A DNA stretch of 64,000 nucleotides from Pirellulales bacterium (lineage in GTDB: Bacteria > Planctomycetota > Planctomycetia > Pirellulales > UBA1268): positions 44,755 through 108,754 of the forward strand of contig JAFMIU010000002.1 of assembly GCA_017853835.1 (NCBI GenBank), in the 5' to 3' direction. Positions 9,064 to 17,367 of the stretch are shown here, piece by piece; the first letter of the stretch is position 1; each line of letters opens with the position of its first letter. Below the pieces are notes generated by a model that was not told where the DNA came from, made no database searches, and saw only the letters and a list, made by a program, of their open reading frames with translations. A program made the position numbers and the translations under genes.

Positions 9064-10287
9064 CTACCAGCGGGACTCGAGACCGAGGTTCGCCCCGTGC
9101 AGGAACATACCGCCGGCGCCGCGAACCCCCGTGCCACTGGTGCCGGTGTCGGTGAAATCAAACTGGTTGGGCGCGAGTGCCACCCCCGATAGCCACGCGA
9201 GGTTGTAGCCGATCCTCAGGCCCCAGGTTTCGCTGAAGCGGTAGGCGAGCGTGAGATTCATCGTCGAGAGAAATCCCATGCCAGTGTCGATGGCCGAGCG
9301 ACCTGGGCGATATTCGTGGCTGCCGCCGTAGATGCTCGTAATCGGGGGAGACGACTGCTCGAGCCATGCGCCCCCAAGACCGGCTTTGAGGAAGCCCTCG
9401 AGCGATAATCGATCCCAGGTGCGTCGGCCACGCACGCCAAGCTGCGCCCCGAAGAGGTTCGAACTTGTCGTCACCTGGTAGCGATCGGCCGGGCCGCCTG
9501 AAAATGGATTCACCAACAGGGCTGCCTGCTCATCGAGTCCGGCCCAGAAGAGTCCGCCGATCCAGTCCAGTTCCGTGTCGTGGCGGCATCGTCGCTGGGG
9601 CCACGGCGAGCACGGCTCGCAGCCGCTCGAGAAGTCGCTCGACAGAAGGTTCAGCTCCGCAACGTTCAGGCTCGACCACCATGCTCCGCGGATCGTGTCG
9701 GCAGAGCTCCACCGGGGCACGCCTTTCCCGAGGTTGCCCGGCACGGCGAGTCCGTTTGCCGCATCGGCACGGGCATCGCCATACCAACCGTACACGCCCC
9801 AGTAGCCGACCTCCCACCCCAGTCCGTCGCACCCGTGACGCCCGGCAAACAGCCTGACGCCGGGCGCCGTTGTGGGCGTCATGCTTCGTGTCGTGAGCAC
9901 GGTGGCCCCGGGCCGTGAACCGTTGGGGTTCTCAACGGCGATGGGCTGGTTGTTCGTGGCGTTGTCACGATCGAGAAAGAGCACATCGAAGACGACGTAG
10001 TCGCGATCCACCACGCGTGATCGACCGCATGACGTGCACCCTGGTCGACATCCCTCGTGAGCCATCATCTCGGGGGCCGGCGACTCGCCCATGGCCATCG
10101 GCTCGTCGATAACGATCGACGCATCGCCTCCAGACGACTCCGGCACCCCGTCGACCGACGTCGGATCCGATGCGGCCAGCGTCGGCTCAGCCGCACCGAT
10201 CACAAGCGGTTCACCGACGAACTCCTGGGCGGCAGCGGCAGCCATCGCCACCGCCACCATCGCCACACCAAGGCCCACTCGCTTCAT
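9064..10287 (-). CDS. outer-membrane beta-barrel protein, BBP7-like
   Basis: ORF 9064..10341, with the likely ATG at 10287 (MKRVGLGVAMVAVAMAAAAAQE signal). Features: an acidic/Pro-rich N-terminal region, alternating amphipathic strands rich in G/W/Y (GWEVGYWGVYGWYG, LTLAYRFSETWGLRIGYNLAWL), and a C-terminal aromatic residue (...LGLESRW). The family name is recalled from PGAP-style annotation and was not searched. Confidence 0.65.
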   Translation of the reverse strand: MKRVGLGVAMVAVAMAAAAAQEFVGEPLVIGAAEPTLAASDPTSVDGVPESSGGDASIVIDEPMAMGESPAPEMMAHEGCRPGCTSCGRSRVVDRDYVVFDVLFLDRDNATNNQPIAVENPNGSRPGATVLTTRSMTPTTAPGVRLFAGRHGCDGLGWEVGYWGVYGWYGDARADAANGLAVPGNLGKGVPRWSSADTIRGAWWSSLNVAELNLLSSDFSSGCEPCSPWPQRRCRHDTELDWIGGLFWAGLDEQAALLVNPFSGGPADRYQVTTSSNLFGAQLGVRGRRTWDRLSLEGFLKAGLGGAWLEQSSPPITSIYGGSHEYRPGRSAIDTGMGFLSTMNLTLAYRFSETWGLRIGYNLAWLSGVALAPNQFDFTDTGTSGTGVRGAGGMFLHGANLGLESRW

Positions 10288-10554
10288 CTGCACGGCCCCC
10301 CGGCCCTCGAGCCCCCAACCCGTGGAAGGCGATCCTTCCACCCCGGAGGGAGCGATCGGTTTTTTTCGTCACGAGCATGAGAATCGTTGCATCCCGCACA
10401 AACGGCTCCGGAGCACGGGTAAAGTGCGTCGACTCTGCGGCCTTCGCCCGCGTGTCGCCCGCTGGTGGCGGGATGCCTCCCAAAACGCTAGGCTCTCATC
10501 CTCGGCAGCCGTTTTTATTTGCGCCGTTTCACCCTCTTGCCAGAGCGAGTTTCC

Positions 10555-10911
10555 ATGGACCAGTTCCGCCGCATCCAAACCGGAAAGAAGGGCGACATCC
10601 ACCTCGTGCTCTTCAAGGACAAAAAAATTCTCGACGACACGGTCCTCGACGAGATCCGCACGGAAATCACCCAGCTCATCGGCAAGGCTTCGGGGCCGGA
10701 CGTGCTTCTCGACTTCTCGAACGTCGAGTTCATGTCGAGTGCCATGCTGGGCCTCCTCGGCCAGCTTCACCGCAAGATCTCGACGGGCCACGGCCGCTTG
10801 AAGATGTGTGGCATCCGCCCGGAAATCCTCACCGTTTTCAAGATCACCAACCTCGACAAGCTCTTCAGCATCCACAAGGATGCCCCCACGGCGCTGGCGA
10901 CCTTCACCTGA
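10555..10911 (+). CDS. STAS-domain anti-sigma-factor antagonist (SpoIIAA/RsbV-like)
   Basis: ORF 10519..10911, ATG at 10555. Typical STAS layout: IHLVLFKDKKILDD...VLLDFSNVEFMSSAMLGLLGQL...RLKMCGIRPEILTVFKITNLDKLFSI. A serine is retained at the position equivalent to the phospho-Ser of SpoIIAA (FMDSSG vs FMSSAM). Confidence 0.85.
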   Translation: MDQFRRIQTGKKGDIHLVLFKDKKILDDTVLDEIRTEITQLIGKASGPDVLLDFSNVEFMSSAMLGLLGQLHRKISTGHGRLKMCGIRPEILTVFKITNLDKLFSIHKDAPTALATFT

Positions 10912-10925
10912 CGGCGGAGCCGGTC

Positions 10926-12347
10926 GTGGCTGCACCATCCTCCGCACCATCTCCTGCCGCGACCGCGGGCGTCGATGTCGTCATCGCGGAAGACAGCCGC
11001 ATCCAGGCGAGGATGCTGCAGAAGCGGCTGACCGAAGCCGGCCATACGGTGCGCTGGGGTGAAAACGGCGCCCTCGCCCTCGCCCTTGTCAAGGAGCGAC
11101 GGCCCGACGTCATCATCTCCGACATCGAGATGCCGGAAATGACCGGCTACGAGTTCTGCAAGGCGGTGAAGACCGACGCCGCCCTGAAGACCATCCCATT
11201 GATCCTGCTGTCGACGCTCTCCGACCCCATCGACATCATCCGGGGGCTCGACGCCGGAGCCGACAACTACGTCACCAAGCCCTACGACCCTGACTACCTC
11301 CTCGGCCGAATGGCCTCGCTCCTGGCCACGCCGATCGACAGCGGCGATGACGTCGGATCGCTGCTCGAGGTCACCCTCGCGGGTCAGACCTTCCGCGTCA
11401 AGGCGGGGCGGCAGCAGGTGCTGAACCTGCTCGTCTCGACATTCGAAAACGCCGTCGCCAAAAACCAGGAACTCGTCGTCGCCAACCAGGAGCTCTCGGT
11501 CGCCCGCGACGACCTTCAAAAGTCCAACGATGAGCTCACCTCGCTCAACGCGGAGGTCACTCGGATCAACGCCCAGATGGTTCGAGACCTCAAGGCCGCC
11601 GCCAAGGTGCAACGGTCGCTGCTCCCGGCCGACGATGTGACGATCCCGGGATCGAACGTCGCCTGGCGGTACGTGCCCTGCCATAATCTCGCGGGCGACT
11701 TTCTCAACATCTTCCCGCTCGATGACGAGCATGCCGGCCTGTTTGTTGTCGACGTGAGCGGTCATGGCGTTCCGTCGTCGCTCATGGCCGTCACGGTGGG
11801 GCGTTTTTTGACGCCGAAGGTTTCTGACTCGTCGATCCTCGTGCGGCAGGGTGCCGACGGCCGTGTCGTGGTCACAAGGCCGGCCGAGGTCGCCACGCAG
11901 CTCAACCGGATCTTCCAGGCCGACGAGTTTTCGGGTCTCTATTTCACACTGCTCTACGGCGTGCTCCACCTCCCTACAGGTCGGTTTGATTACTGCTCCG
12001 GCGGCCATCCACCGCTGGTTCGCATTCCGGCGACAGGAGGGGCCGTGGAGTTTCATCCGATGGAGAGTTTCCCGATCGCCTTCGTGCCGGAGGTGGAATA
12101 CGAGCAGCGATCGCTTCAGCTCGCTCCGGGCGATCGCCTCGTGCTCTACTCCGACGGTGTTCCCGAGGCCATGAACCAGGAACGGAATCCGTATGGCGAC
12201 GAGGCCATGGCCGCCTGCCTGGATCGATCGCGCGGTGCCCCGCTCGATGTATGTGTCGGAGGGCTCCTCGAGGCTGTCGAGGCGTGGTGCGTGCCCAATG
12301 GCCCACTCGACGACGTGTCGATCCTCAGCCTGGAGTGGCGCCCGTAG
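10926..12347 (+). CDS. response regulator fused to PP2C (SpoIIE/RsbU-type) serine phosphatase
   Basis: The real gene is the 3' two-thirds of ORF 10170..12347. An in-frame GTG at 10926 lies 15 nt after the STAS stop. REC domain: VVIAEDSRIQ...RPDVIISDIEMPEMTGYEF...LILLSTLSD...NYVTKPYD (Asp present). A coiled-coil linker follows. PP2C motifs: LAGDFLNIF, LFVVDVSGHGVPSSL, LVLYSDGVPEA, DDVSILSLEW. Confidence 0.85.
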   Translation: MAAPSSAPSPAATAGVDVVIAEDSRIQARMLQKRLTEAGHTVRWGENGALALALVKERRPDVIISDIEMPEMTGYEFCKAVKTDAALKTIPLILLSTLSDPIDIIRGLDAGADNYVTKPYDPDYLLGRMASLLATPIDSGDDVGSLLEVTLAGQTFRVKAGRQQVLNLLVSTFENAVAKNQELVVANQELSVARDDLQKSNDELTSLNAEVTRINAQMVRDLKAAAKVQRSLLPADDVTIPGSNVAWRYVPCHNLAGDFLNIFPLDDEHAGLFVVDVSGHGVPSSLMAVTVGRFLTPKVSDSSILVRQGADGRVVVTRPAEVATQLNRIFQADEFSGLYFTLLYGVLHLPTGRFDYCSGGHPPLVRIPATGGAVEFHPMESFPIAFVPEVEYEQRSLQLAPGDRLVLYSDGVPEAMNQERNPYGDEAMAACLDRSRGAPLDVCVGGLLEAVEAWCVPNGPLDDVSILSLEWRP

Positions 12348-12357
12348 GGCGATTCGC

Positions 12358-13188
12358 TCACCGTCGTGGCTTCGGCACGTAGTAGCTGCAGCCGTGCGTC
12401 ACAACGCGATCCCACCCCCCGTCGTCGATCCCGATCATCGTCTCGGCCCCGCCCAGAAAGAGCGCGCCGTCCGGTCGGAGAATCCGCCGCACCCTTCCGA
12501 CGAGAGCCGCTCGTGTCGGCACGTCGAAATAGAGCATCACGTTGCGAAGAAACACCACGTCGACGATCGGCATCATCGGCCAGGTGCCGTTGAGATTCAT
12601 GGTTCGAAACTCGACGAGCTGTCGGCACTCCTGCACGATGCTCCACCGCCCCTGGAGCGGTCGAAAGAATCGGCGGAGCACGGCAGGGGCGATCCCGCGG
12701 TTCGTCTCGAGCTCGCTGTAAATGCCTTCACGAGCCCGCGCCAGAATCGGGTCTGAGTAGTCGGTGGCGATGATTCGAATCCGCCACGTGGCCAACACAT
12801 CACGAAAATGCTCGGCCAGGGTCATGGCGATGCTAAAAGGCTCCTGCCCGGTGGAGCACGCCGCCGACCAAAACGTCAACTGGCGTTCCGCGGACCGACG
12901 TTCTATGAGCCCGCCGATCACTTCGCGGAGCGCTTCAAACGGCGCCCGATCGCGGAAGAACGACGTCTCGTGCGTCATCATCGCGCAGAGCACATCCTTT
13001 TCGAGCGTCGGATCGACCCCCTGCCGCACCCGGTCGATCAGGGTTTCGAGGCTCGGAATCTTTCGCTGCCTCACGATCGGCATGAGCCGGGCGACCACCA
13101 GATACTGCTTGCTTTCGTCGATGCACACGCCGGTGCGGCGCCGCAGCAGGCCGCAGAGATACTCGTACTGCGGATCTGCGACCTTCAT
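12358..13188 (-). CDS. cheR: chemotaxis protein methyltransferase CheR
   Basis: 276-aa ORF. N-terminal helical CheR domain (YLVVARLMPIVRQ) plus a SAM-dependent methyltransferase domain (THETSFFRD, FWSAACSTGQEPFSIAM, DVVFLRNVMLYFD). Confidence 0.92.
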   Translation of the reverse strand: MKVADPQYEYLCGLLRRRTGVCIDESKQYLVVARLMPIVRQRKIPSLETLIDRVRQGVDPTLEKDVLCAMMTHETSFFRDRAPFEALREVIGGLIERRSAERQLTFWSAACSTGQEPFSIAMTLAEHFRDVLATWRIRIIATDYSDPILARAREGIYSELETNRGIAPAVLRRFFRPLQGRWSIVQECRQLVEFRTMNLNGTWPMMPIVDVVFLRNVMLYFDVPTRAALVGRVRRILRPDGALFLGGAETMIGIDDGGWDRVVTHGCSYYVPKPRR

Positions 13189-13211
13189 GGATCGTCCGTG
13201 TCGACGCGGCC

Positions 13212-14717
13212 TCAGCCGCCCCGCCTCTGGAGTCGCAGGCCAATCTCCACGCCGATCTGCGACAGCGGCAGCACGGCATCGGCCAGGCCCGCCCGCACGA
13301 CTTCGCCTGGCATGCCCCAGACGACACTCGAAAACTCATCCTGGGCGATCACGCTTCCTCCGGCGGCCACGATCGCCTTGGCGCCGGCAAGACCGTCGCG
13401 TCCCATGCCGGTGAGCACCACGCCCAACGTCGCCCCGCCCCACACCCGAACCGCCGAGCGAAACAGCACGTCGGCTGCCGGACGGCATGAGTTTTCGGGA
13501 GGTGCGTCGGTGAGCCGAACCCTGGGCTGCGCCGCGTCACCCGCCACCTCGAAATGCCGGCCGCCTGGCGCCAGCAGCACCGACCCCGCCTGGAGCGGTG
13601 CTCCGTCGACGGCCTCCGACACCGGTAGTCCAAACGATTTCGCGAGCCGCTCGGCGAGGTGTGCGGTGAAGAACGCCGGCATGTGCTGCACGACGAGCAC
13701 CGGCACACGGGCCTCGGGGACGAATGCGGGAAGCACCTCGGCGAGGGCCGTCGGCCCTCCCGTCGACACCGCGACGACCACGGCCTGAATGCGCTCCTGA
13801 CGAACCGCCGTGCGGGCAAGGGGTGCCGCGCCGGCCGCGCGAGGATCCGCCGAGCGGGACAGCCGTGGGTGGCCGACCGTGCCGCGGGGCACGAGCGACT
13901 TGATCCGTCCGATCACGTCGGTGCGAATTCGTTCGGCCACCTCGCTGGCATCGAGTCCGGCCGGCTTGGCCACGTAATCGTTGGCCCCGGCCAAAAGCGC
14001 CTCGACCGTGGCCTTCGCCCCGCGTTCCGTGAGGCTCGAAAACATCATGACGGGCAGTTTGCCGAAACGACGGCGAATCTCCTTGAGCGCCGTGAGGCCG
14101 TCCATCACGGGCATCTCGACGTCGAGTAGCACGAGATCGGGTGCCGTCGCAGCAATCGCGTCGAGGCAGGCCGATCCGTTGATCGCCGTGCCCACCACCT
14201 TGATGTCGGGATCAGCAGCGAGCGTCGCCGAAAGGATGCCTCGAATGGTGGCTGAGTCATCGCAGATGAGCACCCCGATCGGTCCACGGCCACCCAGGGC
14301 CACCTGGCCGTCGTCGAGCACGCCCAGGTCGACGAGCTTCCGGGCGAGGGCGGAGGCGGTGAAGGGCTTGGCGAGGTACTCGTTGATCCCGGCCTGTCGC
14401 GCCAGCGCAATTCGATCCTGCTCATGCTCCGTCGAGATCATCAGGATCGGCAGGGAACGGTAGCCCGGGTGTTGGCGGAGCCGTCGCACCAGTTCGATCC
14501 CGTCCATCACCGGCATGTGCCAGTTCACGGTGATCACGTCGGGACGCTCGGTGGCCAGGGCCTCGAGCGCCTCGGCGCCGTTCGCCGCCTCGGTGCACGC
14601 AAAACTCAGCTCCTGCAGCGCCCGGGCGACGATGCTTCTGGCCGGTTTCGAGTCGTCAACGACGAGCGCCCGCACGATCGGGATCCTCCTTGCCCTCACC
14701 AGCCAAATGGCCGGCAT
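13212..14717 (-). CDS. cheB: protein-glutamate methylesterase CheB with two N-terminal receiver domains (first is a pseudo-receiver)
   Basis: 501-aa ORF starting 9 nt after the MCP stop. REC1 is ALVVDDSKP...PDVITVNWHMPVMDG...ILMISTE...EYLAKPF, with Asn (codon 14523-14525) where the phospho-Asp is expected. REC2 is VLICDDSATIR...DLVLLDVEMPVMDG...DYVAKP (canonical). The CheB methylesterase domain shows VVVAVSTGGPTAL, VLVVQHMPAFFT and VLTGMGRDG. Confidence 0.9.
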   Translation of the reverse strand: MPAIWLVRARRIPIVRALVVDDSKPARSIVARALQELSFACTEAANGAEALEALATERPDVITVNWHMPVMDGIELVRRLRQHPGYRSLPILMISTEHEQDRIALARQAGINEYLAKPFTASALARKLVDLGVLDDGQVALGGRGPIGVLICDDSATIRGILSATLAADPDIKVVGTAINGSACLDAIAATAPDLVLLDVEMPVMDGLTALKEIRRRFGKLPVMMFSSLTERGAKATVEALLAGANDYVAKPAGLDASEVAERIRTDVIGRIKSLVPRGTVGHPRLSRSADPRAAGAAPLARTAVRQERIQAVVVAVSTGGPTALAEVLPAFVPEARVPVLVVQHMPAFFTAHLAERLAKSFGLPVSEAVDGAPLQAGSVLLAPGGRHFEVAGDAAQPRVRLTDAPPENSCRPAADVLFRSAVRVWGGATLGVVLTGMGRDGLAGAKAIVAAGGSVIAQDEFSSVVWGMPGEVVRAGLADAVLPLSQIGVEIGLRLQRRGG

Positions 14718-14726
14718 TCATGCAGC

Positions 14727-16868
14727 CTAACTCTTCTTGTATTCCTCCACGAGGCGCTGCAGTGCCTGGGCCATCCGCGAGAGTTCCTGCGACGACATCT
14801 GCGTGTTGGCAGCCCCCTCGGCCGTGCTCTGGGCCGCCTGAGCGACCTGCACGATGTTCTCCGCAATCTCCGAGGAGCCGGTGGTGGCCTCTCCAATGTT
14901 GCGGCTGATCTCGCCGGTCGTCACCGACTGCTCCTCGACGGCGGCGGCGATCTTCGTCTGGAGACTGTCGATCTGCTCGATCACCTTGCCGATTTCAGCG
15001 ATGGCGTCGACGGCCCGCTTTGTATCGGCCTGCATCGACTCGATCCTGCCGCCGATCTCCTCGGTGGCCTTCGCCGTGTCGCGGGCGAGCTCCTTGACCT
15101 CGCTCGCCACCACCGCGAAGCCCTTCCCCGCTTCTCCGGCACGGGCGGCCTCGATCGTGGCATTGAGCGCCAGGAGATTCGTCTGTTCGGCGATCGAGGT
15201 GATCACCTTGATCACCGCACCGATCTCATTGCTCGACCGGCCGAGCGCGTCCATCGTGGACGACGTCGCCGACGCCATGTCCACGGCCCGACGGGCGGTC
15301 GTGGCGGCGTCCTGGGAACTCCTCGCGATTTCATGGATGCTGGCCACGAGGTTGTCGATGGAGCCAGACACCGTTCGGGCGTTGCCGCTCACCTGTTCCG
15401 CCGCGGCCGACACGAGGTTGGCCTGGGCGGTCGTCTGCTCGGCGGCGGCGCTCATCTGCTGACTGACGCTGGTGAGTTCCTCCGAGGCGCTTGCGAGGGC
15501 ATGGGTATTGTCGACGATGCCACCGACGAGCGTGGCCTGCCGTTGGGCTTCACGGGTCAGCCGTCGGGCGATCAGCGTCGAGACCACGAGCACCGCAGCG
15601 GCGGTGAGGCCGAACACCGTCAGCCCCACCCGAAGCAGACGATGCACGGGCGCAAACACCTCCGCGGTGTCGATTTCGGAGATCAGCGCCCATCGAATGT
15701 CCGGATGACTTCCGGATGGGTCGTGGAACACGGTGACCGGACGCCACGCCACCAGCGACTGCCGGCCCTGGTAGTCCTTCATCTCGGCGACCCCGGCCTT
15801 GCCATCGTCGAGGGCGCTCCGGACGGCCTCGGTGTCGACCTTCAGATCGGAGTTGATGATCGTGGTTTTGACGCCGAGTTCCTTGACGAATCGCGAGTTG
15901 CTTCGGAACAGACGGTCGGGACCGATGGCGTAGGTCTCGCCGGTGTCGCCCATGCCGGTCGTTTCGCCGATGATGTCGTCGGCCTTGTCGATGGGAACCT
16001 GGAAGACGACCACGCCGATCACCCGACGCCCGTCGAACATGGGCGCCGCGATGAAGCTGGCCGGCTCGTTGTACGACGGCAGGTACCTCGCAAAGGGGCC
16101 GTAGCCCATGGCGTCACGTCGTCCGGCGGCCACAGCCTGATGGAAGGCGAGCCCGAGGCTCGACGACGCCAACGGTCCCTCACGGAGCGAGGCCCCCAGG
16201 TCGGCCTCCTTGCACACGCTATACACCACCGCCCCACTCTGTGCGTCGACGAGGAAGGCGTCGTAGAGCCCGTATTTCTCGACCAGGCTTCGGAAAAAGG
16301 GGTGGAAGGTCGCGTGGGCCTTCGTGTAGGCCGAGGCATCGTCCGCCGCGTCGAGCGCCGCCTTCGTGCCAAGCGGGTTGTCGTTGCGACGGATGTAGAG
16401 GTATTGGAGATAGGCCGCGTCATCATCGAGGGAGTCGCAGAGCACCTTCACATCGCCTACGTCACCCGAGCGACGGCGAAACTCCGCCGAAAACTCGCCG
16501 GTATAAAACGTCTCGAGGTCACGCCGGGCGTCGGCCAACCTCTGGTCATTCACCCCGTCGTCGGTTCGAATCGACTGAAGTCCCGTGCGGAGCTTGTCGA
16601 GTGCCTCGCGGGCGACGCGACCCTCGGCCAGCACCGCCAGTTCCTGACGGAGCGTTCGAAAATAACGCTCCACCGACTTTGCCGTCACGGCGTTGACCGT
16701 GTCGAGTTGCTTGAGTGCCTGCTCGCGGATCGCCGATGACGAGGCGCGGTAGCTCGTCGTGCCCATGAAGGCCATCGGCACGAGCGACACCCCGAGGAGG
16801 GCAAGGAGGAGCGGATTGGTGAGAAACGAACGCCAGCCGGCACCGGCCGTGTGATCACGATCAGCCAT
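14727..16868 (-). CDS. methyl-accepting chemotaxis protein with large periplasmic Cache-like sensor
   Basis: 713 aa. TM1 is [20 protein letters not shown]. It is followed by a ~370-aa extracytoplasmic region with Cache-like strands ([37 protein letters not shown]), then TM2. The MCP signalling hairpin is [35 protein letters not shown]. The start overlaps the cheW stop by 8 nt. Confidence 0.9.
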   Translation of the reverse strand: MADRDHTAGAGWRSFLTNPLLLALLGVSLVPMAFMGTTSYRASSSAIREQALKQLDTVNAVTAKSVERYFRTLRQELAVLAEGRVAREALDKLRTGLQSIRTDDGVNDQRLADARRDLETFYTGEFSAEFRRRSGDVGDVKVLCDSLDDDAAYLQYLYIRRNDNPLGTKAALDAADDASAYTKAHATFHPFFRSLVEKYGLYDAFLVDAQSGAVVYSVCKEADLGASLREGPLASSSLGLAFHQAVAAGRRDAMGYGPFARYLPSYNEPASFIAAPMFDGRRVIGVVVFQVPIDKADDIIGETTGMGDTGETYAIGPDRLFRSNSRFVKELGVKTTIINSDLKVDTEAVRSALDDGKAGVAEMKDYQGRQSLVAWRPVTVFHDPSGSHPDIRWALISEIDTAEVFAPVHRLLRVGLTVFGLTAAAVLVVSTLIARRLTREAQRQATLVGGIVDNTHALASASEELTSVSQQMSAAAEQTTAQANLVSAAAEQVSGNARTVSGSIDNLVASIHEIARSSQDAATTARRAVDMASATSSTMDALGRSSNEIGAVIKVITSIAEQTNLLALNATIEAARAGEAGKGFAVVASEVKELARDTAKATEEIGGRIESMQADTKRAVDAIAEIGKVIEQIDSLQTKIAAAVEEQSVTTGEISRNIGEATTGSSEIAENIVQVAQAAQSTAEGAANTQMSSQELSRMAQALQRLVEEYKKS

Positions 16869-17367
16869 GATGAACTCCCTGCCTCTCGGAAAATGGCGGC
16901 CGTGGCCGCACGAGTGAATGAATCATGCGTTGGGGATCGAGCAGGTGCACGAGCCGGTCGGGCGCCGCAAAAACACCTGCCAGAGCCTCCCCGGAGCCCT
17001 CAGAAAGCGATGATGTCGAGGGATCGATGTGGTCTTCCGAAATCTCGACGACGTCGAGCATCTCGTCGATCAGGAGCCCGTACCAGTCGTCCTGAAGAGC
17101 GATCACCAGGTGCGTGGCCCGGTCCCTCGCTCCACTGGCAAGGCCCAGTCGCACTCCGGGATCGATGACGGGAACGATGCGTCCACGGAGGTGCAGCAGC
17201 CCGAGCACCCCCTCTGGCGCCAGAGGCACGGTCGTGAGCCGTCCGCCGCGAAGCACCTCGACGACGCCGTCCGCCGGAACGGCGAAACACGCATCCCCCA
17301 GGCGGAAGGCGCAGTATCGATGGGCAACGGGAGTCGGTGCAGGAGCTCGACGATCCGTGACGTTCAT
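16861..17367 (-). CDS. cheW: chemotaxis coupling protein CheW
   Basis: 168 aa. CheW fold pattern: [22 protein letters not shown]...[23 protein letters not shown]...[28 protein letters not shown] overlap with the cheA stop. Confidence 0.9.
   Translation of the reverse strand: MNVTDRRAPAPTPVAHRYCAFRLGDACFAVPADGVVEVLRGGRLTTVPLAPEGVLGLLHLRGRIVPVIDPGVRLGLASGARDRATHLVIALQDDWYGLLIDEMLDVVEISEDHIDPSTSSLSEGSGEALAGVFAAPDRLVHLLDPQRMIHSLVRPRPPFSERQGVHHG

Noticed and set aside
10170-10925. 5' 250 codons of the 725-aa ORF that ends as the REC-PP2C gene
   Set aside because: This part overlaps the BBP7-like gene start region and the STAS gene in another frame, and it is Pro/Arg-rich. The receiver domain only begins after the GTG at 10926, directly downstream of the STAS stop.
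14424-16739. 771-aa plus-strand ORF
   Set aside because: It lies antisense to the well-supported MCP gene. It is Arg/Gly/His-rich low-complexity sequence with no motifs, a typical high-GC shadow ORF.
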